From the NCBI GenBank assembly GCA_951406725.2, contig OX597836.1, positions 31,806,001 through 31,870,000 on the forward strand: a stretch of 64,000 nt of DNA, in the 5' to 3' direction. Made by a program: the position numbers and the translations under genes. The stretch comes from Octopus vulgaris. Lineage: Eukaryota. This document shows, in pieces, positions 37,721 through 52,130 of this stretch. The notes under the pieces are model-generated. The model worked only from the letters and a program-made list of their open reading frames with translations. It did no database searches and was not told where the DNA came from. Positions within the stretch are counted from its first letter, which is position 1; each line of letters starts with the position of its first letter.

Positions 37721-38829
37721 AAAAAGAAAATATATATATATATATATATATATGTAGATATAGATATAGATAATAAGATAGATGTAGGTATGTATGAATG
37801 CATATATGCACACACATTGGGCTTCTCTCAGTTTCTGTCAACCAAGTATACTGCGAAGGCTTTGGACATCCCATCACTATAAAAGACACTTGCCCAAGGT
37901 GCTACACAGTAGAACTGAACCCAGAACCATGTGGTCAGGAAGCAAACTTCTTACCACACCACCACACCTGCACTTATTGGTGTGATTAGAAGGAAAGGTG
38001 GCTGCTCTTTCTTACAGATTGTGGGACCACATAAAGGCTCCTTCTGTGATTGCTCAGCTCGTAGAGAAGAGGACTTACTGCAACTGTAATCACTGTGGGT
38101 GTTAACAGCATTTTGTAGTAATCTTTCCACTACATAATGGCTTAGGTTTATTCAAACCCAGTATGCTAATGTTTCTGCATTGACACTCAAAGAAGGTCAA
38201 AGGTCGAAGCAATAACTTATGAAACTAGTTGACTTGTCAAAATATTGTTAACTGTTAGAAAGAAAAGTTAATATATTGGGAATTCTATGCGGCTTTTACT
38301 TGAAGAACTTGGAATGAATATTAGGCATTTTCTCTCACAGGAAAAATGATTTCTTGTAAGAAGAAAAAAAAAAAGAAAACCCAAAATATCCATAAAACAT
38401 TTCTGTAACTTTTTTTTTTTGCTTTTTGCAGGTTTATTTATATATTTATTTTTTTCTTGTATATGTTAATTTTTCTCTTACCAATAAAAGATAGGTAAAT
38501 CCTTGGTGAACTAGTTAATGGATGAAAGATAGATTTCTTAGCTATTCATGTTCTGAAACTAGAAAACTGGAAAACTAGAAAACTAGAGACTGTTTCACTT
38601 ACACACGAACGTGTACAGTCATTTAAATTGTTCTCAAAGAGAAAGTGTCAGGAAAAACAACAAAATACAATATTCCATTTTCAAAAATCATGCTTTTAAT
38701 GCCAGGAAGTATTGATGTAGAAGGAATCAAAATGATTACAGCTGATGAAATATAATATGCTTCAACTCTCTGCTGTATCTGCTTCTGAGCTGCATGCGTC
38801 TCTGTGTATGCATGCAGAAATGGTTGATA

Positions 38830-39540
38830 GGCGGAGGGGAAAGAGTTGGAGAGAGAGGGAAAGAGTAAGAGATTGATAGGGTGAGAGATGGGTGGATAGA
38901 GAGAGGGATGGATAGAGAAAGAGAGAGATGAAGAGAGAGATGAATAGAGAGAAAGAGATCGATATATATATAGAGAGGGGATGGATAGAGAGAGGGATGG
39001 ATAGAGAGAGAGATCGATGGAAAGATAGAGAGAGAGGGATGGAAAGAGAAAGAGAGAGATGGATAGAGAGAGATGGATAGAGAGAAAGGGATCGATATAT
39101 ATATATAGAGAGAGAGGGGGTGGATAGAGAGAGGGATGGATAGAGAAAGAGATGGATAGAGAGGGAGAGACGGATAGAGATAGAGAGAGAGGATTAGATA
39201 GAGAGAGGGATGTATAGAGAAAGAGATGGAGAGAGAAAGAGAGATTGATAGAGAGAGAGAGAGAGAGTGATGGGTAGAGGAAGATATGGATAGAGAAAGA
39301 GAGGGATAGAGAAAAAGATGGAGAGAGGAAGAGAGAAAGAGTTGGAGAGAGAAAGAGAGATGGAGAGGGAGAAAGTAAGTGATGGAGAGAGAGAGAGATG
39401 GAAAGAGAAAAAGAGTGATAGAAAAAGAGAGGTATAGAGAAAGAGAGGGATAGAGAAAGAGAGAAAGAGTTAGATAGGGAAAGAAATGGAGAGAAATGAG
39501 AAGGGGAAAAAGAATGAAAGGGAAAACGAAAAGAGAGAAT
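38830..39540. repeat. Polypurine (GA/GGAT-rich) low-complexity tract
   Basis: Direct reading. Confidence 0.9.
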
Positions 39541-39644
39541 GAAGTCATCTCTGGGTGAAGTCTTGCTTTAAAGCGGAGTTAGGCTTGGAAATCTATAACT
39601 CTTTTATGATTTATGCCGAGTTAAAAATTCTTATAATTATTCTA

Positions 39645-40262
39645 GACACACACATACACATACATATATACATATATATATACATATATACATACATATA
39701 TACATACATATACACATACATATATACATACATATATACATACGTATATACATACATATACACATACATATACACATACATATATACATACATATATAAA
39801 TACATATATACATACATAGACACATACATATATACATACATATAGACACACACCCACATACATATATACACACATATATACCTACATATATACACACATA
39901 TATACATACATATATACATACTTATATACACACACACATACATATATACACACATATATACATAAAATATACATACATATACACATACATATATACATAC
40001 CTATATACACACATATTTACACACATATATACATACCTATATACACATGCACATACATATTTACACACATATATACATACATATACACACACATATATAT
40101 GCATATATACATACCTATATACACATGCACATACATATTTACACACATATATACATACATATATATACATATATACATACATATACACATTCATATATAC
40201 ATAAAAATACACATACATATACACATACACATATACATACATATATACATACCCCCACACAC
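39645..40262. repeat. (ATAC/AT/AC)n compound microsatellite
   Basis: Direct reading. Confidence 0.95.
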
Positions 40263-40906
40263 AAATGGGTCTGTAGACATTTGTGTGTGTCTGTTAATAC
40301 GTGTGTGGTGTACTCAGGCATGGTTTTCACTGAAAGGAAGTCATAACCATTTATGACATCCACATTTTCGAGAGATGCAAAAAGTGATTGACTTCATCTT
40401 TTTAGTAGGTTTGGATAGAACGAAACCAAACTGACAATTTAGCTAAGTTATTGGCAGATGAAAGGATGGAAAGGTACACTTTGGTTTACTTATGGTAAAT
40501 GCAATTTTCATGACAGCGATGATAAATATTGACTTAAGAGGTATTATACCATAAAAGGCAGCCACCCCACCCCGCCCACGCACACACACACAAGCAGCCA
40601 CCCTAATATTTTGTGCGAAAACAACTATTCTTTTGTCATTTACTTCGTTTAGTCATTGGACTGTGGCCATGCTGGAGCACCACCTTGAAAGGTTTCAGTC
40701 AAACAAATCGGCCCCCAGTACTTATGTTTATTTTTCCTTTTATTTTTTTAGTCTAGTATTTATTTTATTGGTGTCTTTCGCCAAACTGTTAAGTAACAAG
40801 GATGTAAACAAACCAACACCAGTTGACAAGAGGGAAGGAGGAAATATGTCTGACAGAGATACACATATATAAATACATACATAAATATATATACATGCTT
40901 ATATAT

Positions 40907-40953
<47 letters not shown>

Positions 40954-40996
40954 CCGGAGTAAACACATAAATGTGAAACAAGGTGTAAAAAAGAGT

Positions 40997-41039
<43 letters not shown>

Positions 41040-41042
41040 TTC

Positions 41043-41437
41043 ACTCCTTTACTCTTTTACTTGTTTCAGTCATTTGACTGTGGCCATGCTGGAGCAGTGT
41101 CTTTAGTTGAGCAAATCGACACCAAGGACTAATTCTTTGTAAGCCTAGTACTTATTCTGTCGGTCTCTTTTGCTGAGCCGCTAAGTTACATGGACGTAAA
41201 CACACCAGCATCGGTTGTCAAACAATGTTGGGGGGACAAACACAGACACAGAAACATATACACACATACATACATATATATATACATATATACGACAGGC
41301 TTCTTTCAGTTTCCCTCTACCAAATCTGCTCACAAGGCTATAGTAGAAGACACTTGCCCAAGGTGCCACGCAGTGGGACTGAATCCAGAACCATGTGGTT
41401 GTAAGCATGCTACTTACCACACAGCCACTCCTGCACC
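41043..41437 (-). mobile_element. SINE family A
   Basis: Matches other A copies. Confidence 0.85.
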
Positions 41438-42494
41438 TATAAATATAACTATAATATAAATTGGACATGGGCGATCGTTGTATTCTTTCTTGAATGGAGG
41501 TTTATAGCCAAACGGCTGGGTGGATTCGAGTAAAAAATGGCACACATGTGGAGATGGGTGCATAGATTGGAATGCGGTTTGTATTTTTTTCCTAACCCCC
41601 TATACTTACCGAGAAAATCGATTAAAACTTTTTCTAATGGAATTCCCCTCTTTCTTCCGCCATTAAAACAACCAGTTGCTTAGAAGCTGTTTCCTGATGT
41701 AGGCCTCCTACATGACAGCAAGGACCAAATCTAGTAGGTTCTCCTCCACAGTCTTCACCTCCTATTCCTCTTATCTGGCTTCTGCTCTGGACAAGTTCTC
41801 ACTGGACATTTCATAGTCATGTGCAGCATATGGCCATTTCACAGTGATGGTTTTTCGTAGGTTACTCATCCCAATTTTTACCTTGATTTCTTCTCCTGAT
41901 GTGGTTGCACCACACAATCAATATTAAGTAAATGACAATATTTTAACTATTCTGGCAAGTATTTGAGATAAATCTGTTTATGTTTCCATCCTTTTGTGAG
42001 CTGATCAGTAAAAGAAATATCAACTTGCTTAGGTAATCTGTGCATTTAGCTTGAAGAGGAATAGTCTATGCCTTCTCAGCTCTCCCTATTCCCTTTCTCT
42101 CCTTTTATCATCACCTATATTCTGTCATAAGGGATCAGCACTAAGTGCAATCCTTCTTGCCTAATACATCAAACTTCTAATATTTTATCCCTGCCCAAGT
42201 GAAACCAATATGGTTGCTCTCACTCAGGAAGGGACAGAGTTTTAGCAGTCTTTCAGCCCATAATACCTTGCTACAACCCCAACGGGACCAACTTTTTTTT
42301 GCTGTGACACTATTTCTTGATGGAAAAGAAAAGCAAGTTGAACTATGGTACAAAGTATAAATTTTGTAAAAACTCTAAAAATTTAAGTCATATTTTTCAA
42401 GAGTATTTTAAGCCAGTTCAAACCATTAAGACATTAAGATCACATGCACAGATTTTAATTCTTGATGGATTAAAGACTTAATTCATTGCCCAGT

Positions 42495-43462
42495 TTTATC
42501 CCATCACACTGTGTTCCTGGTATAGCAGGGATAGCCTAAATGTAATCTCTACCAGATTCCCATTAAAGCAGCAATGAACAACACTATCTCTCTATCTGCT
42601 CAGTTGAAGTCGTCTCTCGGTTACTCGTTGGATCAGTATCCTCCAGTCAGTTCTATCTTGGGCCGCTTCTTTCAGATTGGCTATGTCCATTCTGGTATCA
42701 CTCTTGATGGTGTCAAGCCAGTGGGTTCTTGGTCGGCCTCTTCCTCTCTTGCCACCGAACAACACACATAGGAAAAAAAGATAAGATGCCAAAAATAGAC
42801 AACCCACCACATTGCAACTTTGTAGTCAAGTGTGTTTATGACTCGTTGTCCCCTATAGCTAACGTTTGCTTTTGTTTTTAATTGAAAAAAATGAATTTAT
42901 GTAATGAAATGAACATGTGATGAACCCAGTATCTCATCTGGTAAACAATCAAGGCCTAGACTCTTTACAGTTGAGGAAATTATTGATGATGTTTATTCTT
43001 TGAACAAAGAGTTCAACCTTACGCAGACAATGAGAGTGATTTGGACAATCAAACTGGTGAAAGTGATGAGGAAATTAGCAATTCGGGTGAACAAATATGG
43101 TAGTTGATAGATAGGTTTATTTATTATTGTTATTCTTATAGATTTTTTTGTGATTCTGTCTGTTACTTTGCCTAACAAGTATGATAGTTGAGAGAAAGGC
43201 TTATCATTGTTATTCTGAATATTTTTTTTGTAATTCTCTCTATTAGTTTGCCTGCAATAAACAAATACAATAGTTGAGAGATAGGCCTATTGTTATTCTC
43301 CTGAATTTTTTTTTTTTTTGTGATTCTGTCCATTAGCCTACCTGCAATCATTACTCTTGAGCTGTATATCTAACTATTTATTTATTTATTAATTTTTTTT
43401 TGGCTCAGGAACCCAGGTAGAGGGTAAAGTTAGACGCAGGGGCCCAGGTCTAAGAGGGTTAA
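42495..43462 (+). mobile_element. Non-autonomous piggyBac-like element with transposase N-terminal remnant
   Basis: Ends agagggTTAA; peptide EPSISSGKQSRPRLFTVEEIIDDVYSL followed by an acidic stretch; internally deleted relative at 47816-48345. Confidence 0.6.
42585..42756 (-). mobile_element. RTE/BovB-type LINE 3' fragment
   Basis: GKRGRGRPRTHWLDTIK...AAQDRTDWR...; 9-bp TSD gaacaacac at 42576-42584 and 42757-42765. Confidence 0.85.
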
Positions 43463-43567
43463 TACCTACCACTGCTGCAACCCATTACGATCGCTACTTT
43501 ATGTTTGGACACTTTTAGCAAAGTCTACTCTGTTGTTATTGAGTATCAATCAGGTTTCATGATACCA

Positions 43568-43801
43568 ATAAGGCGGCGAGCTGGCAGAAACGTTAGCACG
43601 CAGAGCGAAATGCTTAGCGGTATTTCGTCTGCCGTTACGTTTTGAGTTCAAATTCTGCCGAGGTCAACTTTGCCTTTCATCCTTTCGGGGTCGATAAATT
43701 AAGTACCAGTTACGCACTGGGGTCGATGTAATCGACTTAGTACCTATGTCTGTCCTTGTTTGTCCCCTCTGTGTTTAGCCCCTTGTGGGTAATAAAGAAA
43801 T
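43568..43801 (+). mobile_element. SINE family B, full length, young
   Basis: 16-bp TSD aggtttcatgatacca at 43552-43567 and 43802-43817. Confidence 0.92.
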
Positions 43802-44080
43802 AGGTTTCATGATACCATTTTCTTGCAGAAGGATGTCCTGCCCTACTGAAACCACTTTGCAGCATAGATTGAATGCATTTTAGGACAAGTTTCCCTTGAA
43901 TGTGGTTTTGTGAAATCCACACCTTGTGTGTTTCTGAATCTGTGTGTATTAAATCTTCTCTGCACATTAATCTCATTCATTAATTAAAATCGCAGTTAAT
44001 TACGTCTGATTCTAACTTTGGAATTTTTGTAGTCTCTTCACGTCTTGGAAGACATTGTTGTTTCATGTATCTCTGTCTTA

Positions 44081-44618
44081 TATATTCTATCGTTACCAGT
44101 TTCTCAAACCTAAACCAACCAAAACAGAGAGGGAACCTAGTAGTTATTGAACTGAAAATAACAGCCAAAACTTGCTCAAATCAACTACACTGCAATAAGC
44201 AAGGAAGGACACACTGGATAATATTATCCTATACAATAGCCATCATTCATAAGGGAGTATATTCTATTGTCACCAGTTTCTCAAGCCCAAACAAACCAAA
44301 ACAGGGAGGGAATCTATGTAGTTATTTAACTGAAAATAACAGCCAAAACTTCCTCAAATCAACTACACTGCAATAAGCAAGGAAGGACACACTGGATAAT
44401 ATTATCCTATACAATAGCCATCATTCACAAGGGAGTATATTCTATTGTCACCAGTTTCTCAAGCCCAAACCAACCAAAACAGAGAGGGAATCTATGTACT
44501 TATTTAACTGAAAATAACAGCCAAAACTTGCTCAAATTAACTACCACTGTCATAAGCAAGGAAGGACACACTGGATAATATCGTCCTATACAATAGCCAT
44601 CATTCACAAGGGAGTATA
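44081..44618. repeat. Tandem triplication of a 177-178-bp unit
   Basis: tatattctat starts at 44081, 44258 and 44436. Confidence 0.95.
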
Positions 44619-46083
44619 ACTAAGTAGCATGTCCCATGCTTCTCTCAATTGTTTTAGGTGCCTATGTAGTTCTGCATGGAGATTGGTAGAGGCTCAAACC
44701 TATTGGTTCTTGCAGCCTTGATGTAGTGAGACATCCAAGGTTTGAGAGCTGGAGGTAGAGAGGGCTGCACCAATACTAGGCTGGTATTCATTTATGACTG
44801 AATAAACACGGGAAAAGGAAAATGAAGTGAATTACTCAATAACATAACATTCCACCCAACAAGGAATCAAACTCGTCGTCTTATGCTTGTGTGTATAACC
44901 TCAGCAATGAAGCCCTTGATGCACTTAAAAAGACAGGATAATCATGGGTGGAATGCTTTCGATCATGGGTTTATTTATACAAAGGTTGAGCTAGAGTTAG
45001 TAAACAATACCAAGAACAGCAGAAAACAGCCTATCAATTTATACCATTTTATTAGAATCCCATTAGGGCTGACTTCTTTTGCTGTGACATCGACTTTTTC
45101 TTGAAGGAAAAGAAAGAAAAAATATGAAACTATGGTCCAAAGTATAAATTATATTAAAACTCTAAAATTTAAGTCAAATTTTTAATAAAAAAATAATGTT
45201 TATAAATTATATTTCAGATGTAATATCATGGAAAAGATATATGGAGAGACCCAATTCCAAAGAAATCGATCGTGAGAAATTACATGGTGTTTGTTCTGTG
45301 AATTGTAGATAACAAGGAATTGATTTTTGTTTGAAAGCACCACTTGTTTGTGAACTGTTGCAATGTGGTTGAGTTTTTTAATTTTTTCTCTATTTCAAAA
45401 ATATCATTTTGAAGAATTTTCTAAAATACAAAGAGAACTTCAAAAAAAAAAGTTCAACGACTGTTTTTGAAGCTGGTGATGATGTTGATGATAATTAATT
45501 TAAAAAATTGGTCAAACGAAAAAAAAAAAAAAGAAAACACACATGATAATAATAATTTATTTCTTTTTTGCCCTCAGGGGGCTAAACATAGAGGGGACAA
45601 ACAAGGACAGACAAAGGGATTAAGTCGATTACATCGACCCTGGTGCATAACTGGTCGTTATTTAATCAACCCCAAAAGGATGAAAGGCGAAGTTGACCTC
45701 AGCGGAATTTGAACTCAAATAATAATACTTTTTACTATAGGGACAAGGTCTGAAGTTTTGTTGGGAGGGACTAGTCATTTATAATGACCCTAGAGCTCAA
45801 CCGGTGCTTAGTTCATCAGCTCTGAAAGGATGAAAGGCAATGCCAGCCTCAGTAAAATTTGCATTGCAGAAGGCAAAGAGCTGGAAGGAATAGCATTAAG
45901 CATTTTGTCCAGTATGGTAACAATTCTACCAACTTGCTGCCCTCTTCACAATTTTGATGGTAATAACAACTTCCATAGCCATGAATCTAGAAATTCGTAG
46001 GGAATCTTCAGTAGTAATTTCGTAAATAAGCCTAATCATTTCAAAGAGGTACAAAGCCACAAATTTAGAGCAAAGGGGTTGCC

Positions 46084-46312
46084 TTAACCCTTTCATTACC
46101 AGCCCGGCTGTAACTGGCTCTGGCTTTGTAGTACAAATGTCTTGTTTTCATAAGTTTTGAATTAAAATCTTCCACCAAACCTTAGTCACAATTTATGTTC
46201 CTAACACTAGCTTAATGATAGCTAAGTTATTTTACTAAATTCTTTGTTATATTTAAAGTAATTGAAAGAAACATAGAGCATCTTAAAATAAATACAGTAA
46301 CGAAAGGGTTAA
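46084..46312 (-). mobile_element. piggyBac-type MITE family 1
   Basis: TTAA ends and TIR. Confidence 0.85.
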
Positions 46313-47815
46313 ACCCAGATGGGTACTTTATCAAATCTGTTGAATGAAAGGCACAGATGACCTCAGTTGGATTTGAACTTGGAAAGTAAAGAACTAGGAT
46401 GACTACTGAGAGATTTTATTTGATGCCTTAAGAATTTTGCCAAACCACTGTATTGATAATAATGGTTTCAAATTTTGGCCCAAGGCCAGCAATATTTGGG
46501 AAAGGACTTGTCGATTACAATGACCCACAGTGCTCAATTGGTACTTGTTTTATTGACCCTGGATGGATGAAAGGCAAAGTAAACCTTGGTGGAGTTTGAA
46601 CTCAGAGTATAAAAGTGGATGAAATGCTGCTAAGTATTTTGCCTGGCATGTTAACGATTCTGCCAGCTGGCCATGCTGGGGCAGTGACTTAACTTGTTTA
46701 ATCAAATGAATTGACCCCATTATTTCCTTTTTAAAGCCTGGTACCTATTCTGTTGGTCCCTTTTGCTAAAGCACTAAAGTTAGTTGTGAAGTACTGATAG
46801 GGGACAAACAAAAACATACAGACATATGTGTACATACACACACACACACACACACACACAATGGGCTTCTTTCAGTTTTCATCTATTAAATCCACTCTCA
46901 AAGCTTTGGTTGGTGCAAGGGTACAGTAGAAGACACTTACCCAAAGTGCTACACAGTGGGACTGAACCCAGACTATATGGCTGGGTGCGAGCTTTTTACC
47001 ACACAACCACACCTGCACCAGTATACAGTTTTTCTTTTTTCAAATATGATCAGATACAATGAGGGAGATTTGATTGATATTTCAAGCAAATCAAAAGAAT
47101 ATTTAGGGGCTCTCTTACTGTTTCAATCTTTTGTTGGTTTCATTTATTTTATGGAAAAATAATGGATGTATATTTTCAATTTGATGCAGTAATATGGGTG
47201 ACTCTATAAAAGGTAAAGTGTACGCTTAAACTGTTTAACCAATGGAATTTGAGCCATGAAATGCAATGTGGGAATGTTGAATAACATTTGAAAGGGTCAT
47301 TTATACTTTCATAATGTCAAGAAACCTAAACAGCATTTTAAACTCACTAAATATGACATATGAGATAAGCTGACTAGATTGAAATGATATAGAGAGAAAT
47401 AAAAGAAGCTAAGAGCAGTTGAGAGCAGCAATGCGATTATTAATGAGAACAGAACAGGGTTAATTGTTAATCGATTGAAGCAGACTATGTAATGAAACAC
47501 CATTTAATTGACTCTTTAGTGTTGCAATTTAGCCTAGGAGCAATGAAGTTTCAAAAAGTGGGGATTTAAAGCTAGACAGAATCTGGCAAAGATGTTAAGT
47601 ATTAGAAGAACTGGTAATGTATTTAGAAATTGCTAATTTTAATGATTGATAACTTTGCTGATTTTAATGAAATTCAAATTCATTTGCAATAGTTTGTTTA
47701 GCCACAGGTCTTCCTTGACTGAGCAGACAAGCCATTAATCAAAACCATAACTTGGTTATAATAAATGAAACAGAATGGATTTCACTTGAAGCAGCAAAGG
47801 GCCATGGCAGTGGTG

Positions 47816-48345
47816 TTAACCTTCTCACACCATATTCCTGCTGTAGCAGGAATAGGTTAAACAAAACATCATCTCTGCTAGATTCCAGGTAAAATGGTAA
47901 TGAGCAATGCATATAGGAAAAGAAGATGCAGCTGATTTTGTCCATTAATTTTCCCACAGTTGTTAGTCTTGAACTGTATATGTAAGTGTCTATTTATTTG
48001 CTCAGGAGCTCAGGAAGAGTGATTCAGACAATCAAACTGGTGAAAGTGATGAGGAAATTAGCGATTTGGGTGAACAAATATGGTAGTTGACAGATAGGTC
48101 TATTTTGTTATTCCCATGAATTTTTTTTTTTTTTTGCGTTTCTGTCCATTAGTTGACCTAACAAGTATGGTATTTAGAGAAAGGCTTATTATTGTTATCC
48201 TCCCAAATTTTTTTGTGCGTTTCTGTCTTTTAGTTTGCCTGCAGTCATTATTCTCGAGCTGTATATGTAACTATTTTTTTTTTTGCTCGGGAGCCCAGGT
48301 AGAGGGAAAAGTTAGACACAGGGGCCCAGGTCAGAGAAGGTTCAG
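47816..48345 (+). mobile_element. Non-autonomous piggyBac-like element (relative of 42495-43462)
   Basis: ttaaccttctc...gagaaggttca ends; shared internal blocks. Confidence 0.6.
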
Positions 48346-49261
48346 CTAGATAACATTAATATATATTGTCCTATGACCATCCTTGGTCACTGTCTTCAAG
48401 AATACATTATACTGCCTCTAGTATTTGGCTGTCAAAATCTTCTGACAAGTACAGAGGGATGAAAAGGCAAAGCAAACCTGGGAGCAATTTAAATTCTGAT
48501 TATAAAATGATGTAATCAAATACTACACAAAATTTTTACTCAATACTTTGATTTTACCATCAAATGTCAAGAATGTCTAATATTTCTAATTAATTTCCAT
48601 AACATCTAATAAAGCAACTAAAATTCTCTCAACATTTTTATGATCTGTGTTTGAATTGTCTTTCAAAACTGGAAATATTGCTAAAACATTAATCAATGAT
48701 ATCAATGATTTAACAAGTGTTTCTTATGGCATAAGGAAGCTTTGAGGACTTAAAAATAATGGACAGACAAATTTCTAAAATTGAGATATTTTTTTATAAA
48801 CTTTTAAAACTTGTCCAACACCAAATCAAAGTGAAGAATTATATAAATGCATAATATTTTTTTTTATCTTCTCATTAATAAAGAGAGAGGGGACAAAAAT
48901 ATTTCCATAATATTTTGGTGAGCGGGGCAGGGTCTGGAATTTATCAGTTTGAAAACCACTACCTTGGTAGTTGTGACCCAGCATGGCCACCACGACCTAC
49001 TGGCTTGAACCAATAAAAGAATAATTTCTTTTACTCCTTTATAATGTACAGAATTGCATGGACATTTACAACATAACTACTTTAGGAGATTAATGATATT
49101 TCTGTTACCATGGATACTACATCAGTTGGTCAATACTCTTGTGTGAAAGCAGTTTGGTTCACAACCTCAGAGTTTTAGGTTCGATCTCATCTTGGGCCAG
49201 TGCCTTCTGCTATATCATCTGGTCAACCAAACCCAAGTGAAATCTGGTGGATGGCAATCAT

Positions 49262-49578
49262 CTTGTTTCAGCTAGTTGATGGTGGCCATGCTGGGGCACC
49301 ACCTTGAAGAATTTTTAGTCGAATCAATTGACATCAGAACTAATTCTTTTATAAGCTTGGTACTCATTTTATCAGCCTCCTTTGCTAAATTGCTACATTA
49401 TGGGGACATAAACACACCAACACCAATTGTCAAGCAGTTGTGGGGGACAAACACCGAGACAAAGACACACACATGCATACATGCATACATGCATACATAC
49501 ATACATACATACATACATACATACATACATACATACATACGTACATACATACATACGTACATACATACTTATGTACAC

Positions 49579-49637
<59 letters not shown>

Positions 49638-49808
49638 CATACACACATATATATGATGGGCTTCTTTCAGATTCTGTCTGCCAAATCCACTCAGAAGGCT
49701 TTGGTTGGCCTGAAGCTATAGTTGAAGACATTTGCCCAAGGTGCTACATGGTGGAACTGAACCTGAAACAATGTGGTTGGAAAGCAAGTTTCTTACCATA
49801 CAACTACA
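49262..49808 (-). mobile_element. SINE family A, diverged, with expanded internal microsatellite
   Basis: Matches A. Confidence 0.7.
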
Positions 49809-49929
49809 TCTATAAGATTGTTAGACCATGTTCAGGTCATGTTTTCTCCCTCTCCGGTCAACAGAATAAATAACACACAAAAACAGAGTGGGAGCAGGGG
49901 CAATATACTTAAGAAAACCATAACAAAAT

Positions 49930-50151
49930 AAGGCAGTGAGCTGGCAGAATTGTTAGCATGCTGGACGAAATGCTTAGCAGTATTTTGTCACTGTTATGTT
50001 CTGAGTTCAAATTCTGCTGAAGTCGACTTTGCTTTTCATCCTGCCGGAGTCGATGAAATAAGTACCAGTTATGCACTGGGGTCAATGTAATCGACTTAAT
50101 GTCCTTGTTTGTCCCCTCTATGTTTCACCCCCTGTGGGCAATAAAGAAATA
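49930..50151 (+). mobile_element. SINE family B
   Basis: Matches B; flanking aatatacttaa..aaaacc duplication. Confidence 0.8.
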
Positions 50152-50701
50152 AATATACTTAACAAAACCTTTAAAAGCTGAGCTCCAACAGGACCATATT
50201 GCAAAATGAAGAAAAAAATACACAACTGTAATAAGCTACTGGTGTATTTTCTGAAATGTATTATCATTAATGATATCTTAGACTTCAGCTTATAATGCTT
50301 ATATTTTAGTACCGATGTTCATTTCGGAATCTTTAAGAGACGCAAGGAAGAAACTGAGGGTAAGTGAGAGAAATAAACAAACAGTGAAATACATATGAAA
50401 ATATATTACTAACAGAGGGTGGTTTTTCTGCTTGTCTCTAAATGATATCTGATTACCAATTTGCATAATTTTTCTTCTATGCTACATCTAATTCTCTTTT
50501 GTTTACTTTATTTATCTAATAGTACTCACCAGCTAAGGAAATATTTCTTTCATTATTTTATGGCAGTATAAGGTGGCAAGCTGGTGGAGTCATTAACACA
50601 TCAGGCAAAATGCTTAATGGTATTTCGTCTGCCTTTGTGTTCTGAGTTCAAATTCAACTGGGATTGACTTTGTCTTTTGTTTGTTTGGGATGAATGAAAC
50701 A

Positions 50702-50864
50702 TCATATTTTAATGTGTATAAGGAACCCCACTAACTTTTGGGGCTTAAAATTTGGAAAAGAGGTTTCATAAGGTATTATAATTCTATTCATGTATAAGAA
50801 ACTCCCATAATTTTTTAACCTAATTTTTGACAAAAAAGGGTTCCTTATACACGTTGAAATATGG
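50702..50864. mobile_element. Tc1/pogo-type MITE inserted in a SINE B2
   Basis: 27-bp imperfect TIR (c/t)catattt..gtgtataaggaaccc; TA at right end. Confidence 0.65.
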
Positions 50865-51723
50865 TAAATACCAGTTGAATGGTAAATATCAGTCGATGTA
50901 ATCAACTTACCCCCTTCCTCCCAAATACTGGCCTTATGCCAAAATTTGGAAATATTTCATAGCAGCCTAAGGTGGTAAGCTGGTAGAATCATCAGTACAT
51001 CAGACAAAATGCTTAGTGGTATTTCGTCCCTCTTTATGTTTAGCCCCTTGTGGGCAATAAAGAAATAAGAAATGTTAGCACTCTGGGTGAAATGCTTATT
51101 TTGTACATTTTGAGTTCAAATTCTGCCAAGGTCGACTTTGCCTTTCATCCTTTTGGGGTCAATAAATTAAGTACCAGTTGTGCATTGCGGTCGATCTAAT
51201 CAACTGACAGCCTCCCCAAAAAGTTTCGGGCCTTGTGCCTAGAGTACAAAAGAATATCTGGCTCTTTTAAACAAACTTGTATGTAGTCAATTCTCTATGT
51301 GGTCATTTATTATGCTAGAAATAGCAGGCATCACATGGATATATTTTAAGGGGTGTAGCATACCAAACAGTCATACCAATAAATTCACCTCTGTTTCTTT
51401 CTCTTTTTCAAAAGAAATTATGTCAGTGTAGCGTTTTCAGATTATCTGCCTGCTCAGTCAGCTGACTTGAAATTCTATTCAGGGGGGATGAAATTGGTTT
51501 CAAATTAACTCTGGATTTAATTTGAAATTGATTTCCCCTTAACCCCTGTGATTTTAGATTACTCTCTCAAATATTTCCCCAAATGTTCATTGCCTTGGTG
51601 ACAAATAAAGAGTTTCCTCTGAGTGTGTGTTGTGCAAGCATTAGGTACATGAATGTAAACCAGAGAAAGAGTTTTGATTATCCACTTAGCTGGTCAAAGT
51701 TGAAAAATATTGCATTGAAAGTA

Positions 51724-52130
51724 TCATCATCATCATCATCGTTTAACATCCGCTTTCCATGCTAGCATGGGTTGGACGATTTGACTGAGGACTGGTGAAC
51801 CAGATAGCTGCACCAGGCTCCAATCTTGATTTGGCAGAGTTTCTACAGCTGGATGCCCTTCCTACCACCAACCACTCCGAGAGTGTAGTGAGTGCTTTTA
51901 CATGCCGCTGGCATGAAGGCCAGTCAGGCGGTACTGGCAAATGGTGTTTTTTACATGCCACTTGCACAGGAGCCAGTCCAATGGCACTGGCAAAGACCTC
52001 GCTCAAATATTTTTTCACCTGCCACTGGCACAAGTGTCAGTAAGGTGATGCTGGTAACGATCATGCTCGAATGGTACTTTTTACGTAAGGAAGCCAGTTA
52101 GCTGCTCTAGCAACGATCACGCTCAGATGA
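51724..52130 (-). mobile_element. Retroposon family E
   Basis: Matches 32578-32950. Confidence 0.75.

Noticed and set aside
38736-39548. 270-aa Ser/Leu ORF
   Set aside because: Antisense of a GA-rich low-complexity tract
41440-41930. Possible Helitron 5' fragment followed by RTE remnant
   Set aside because: Too decayed to support from sequence alone
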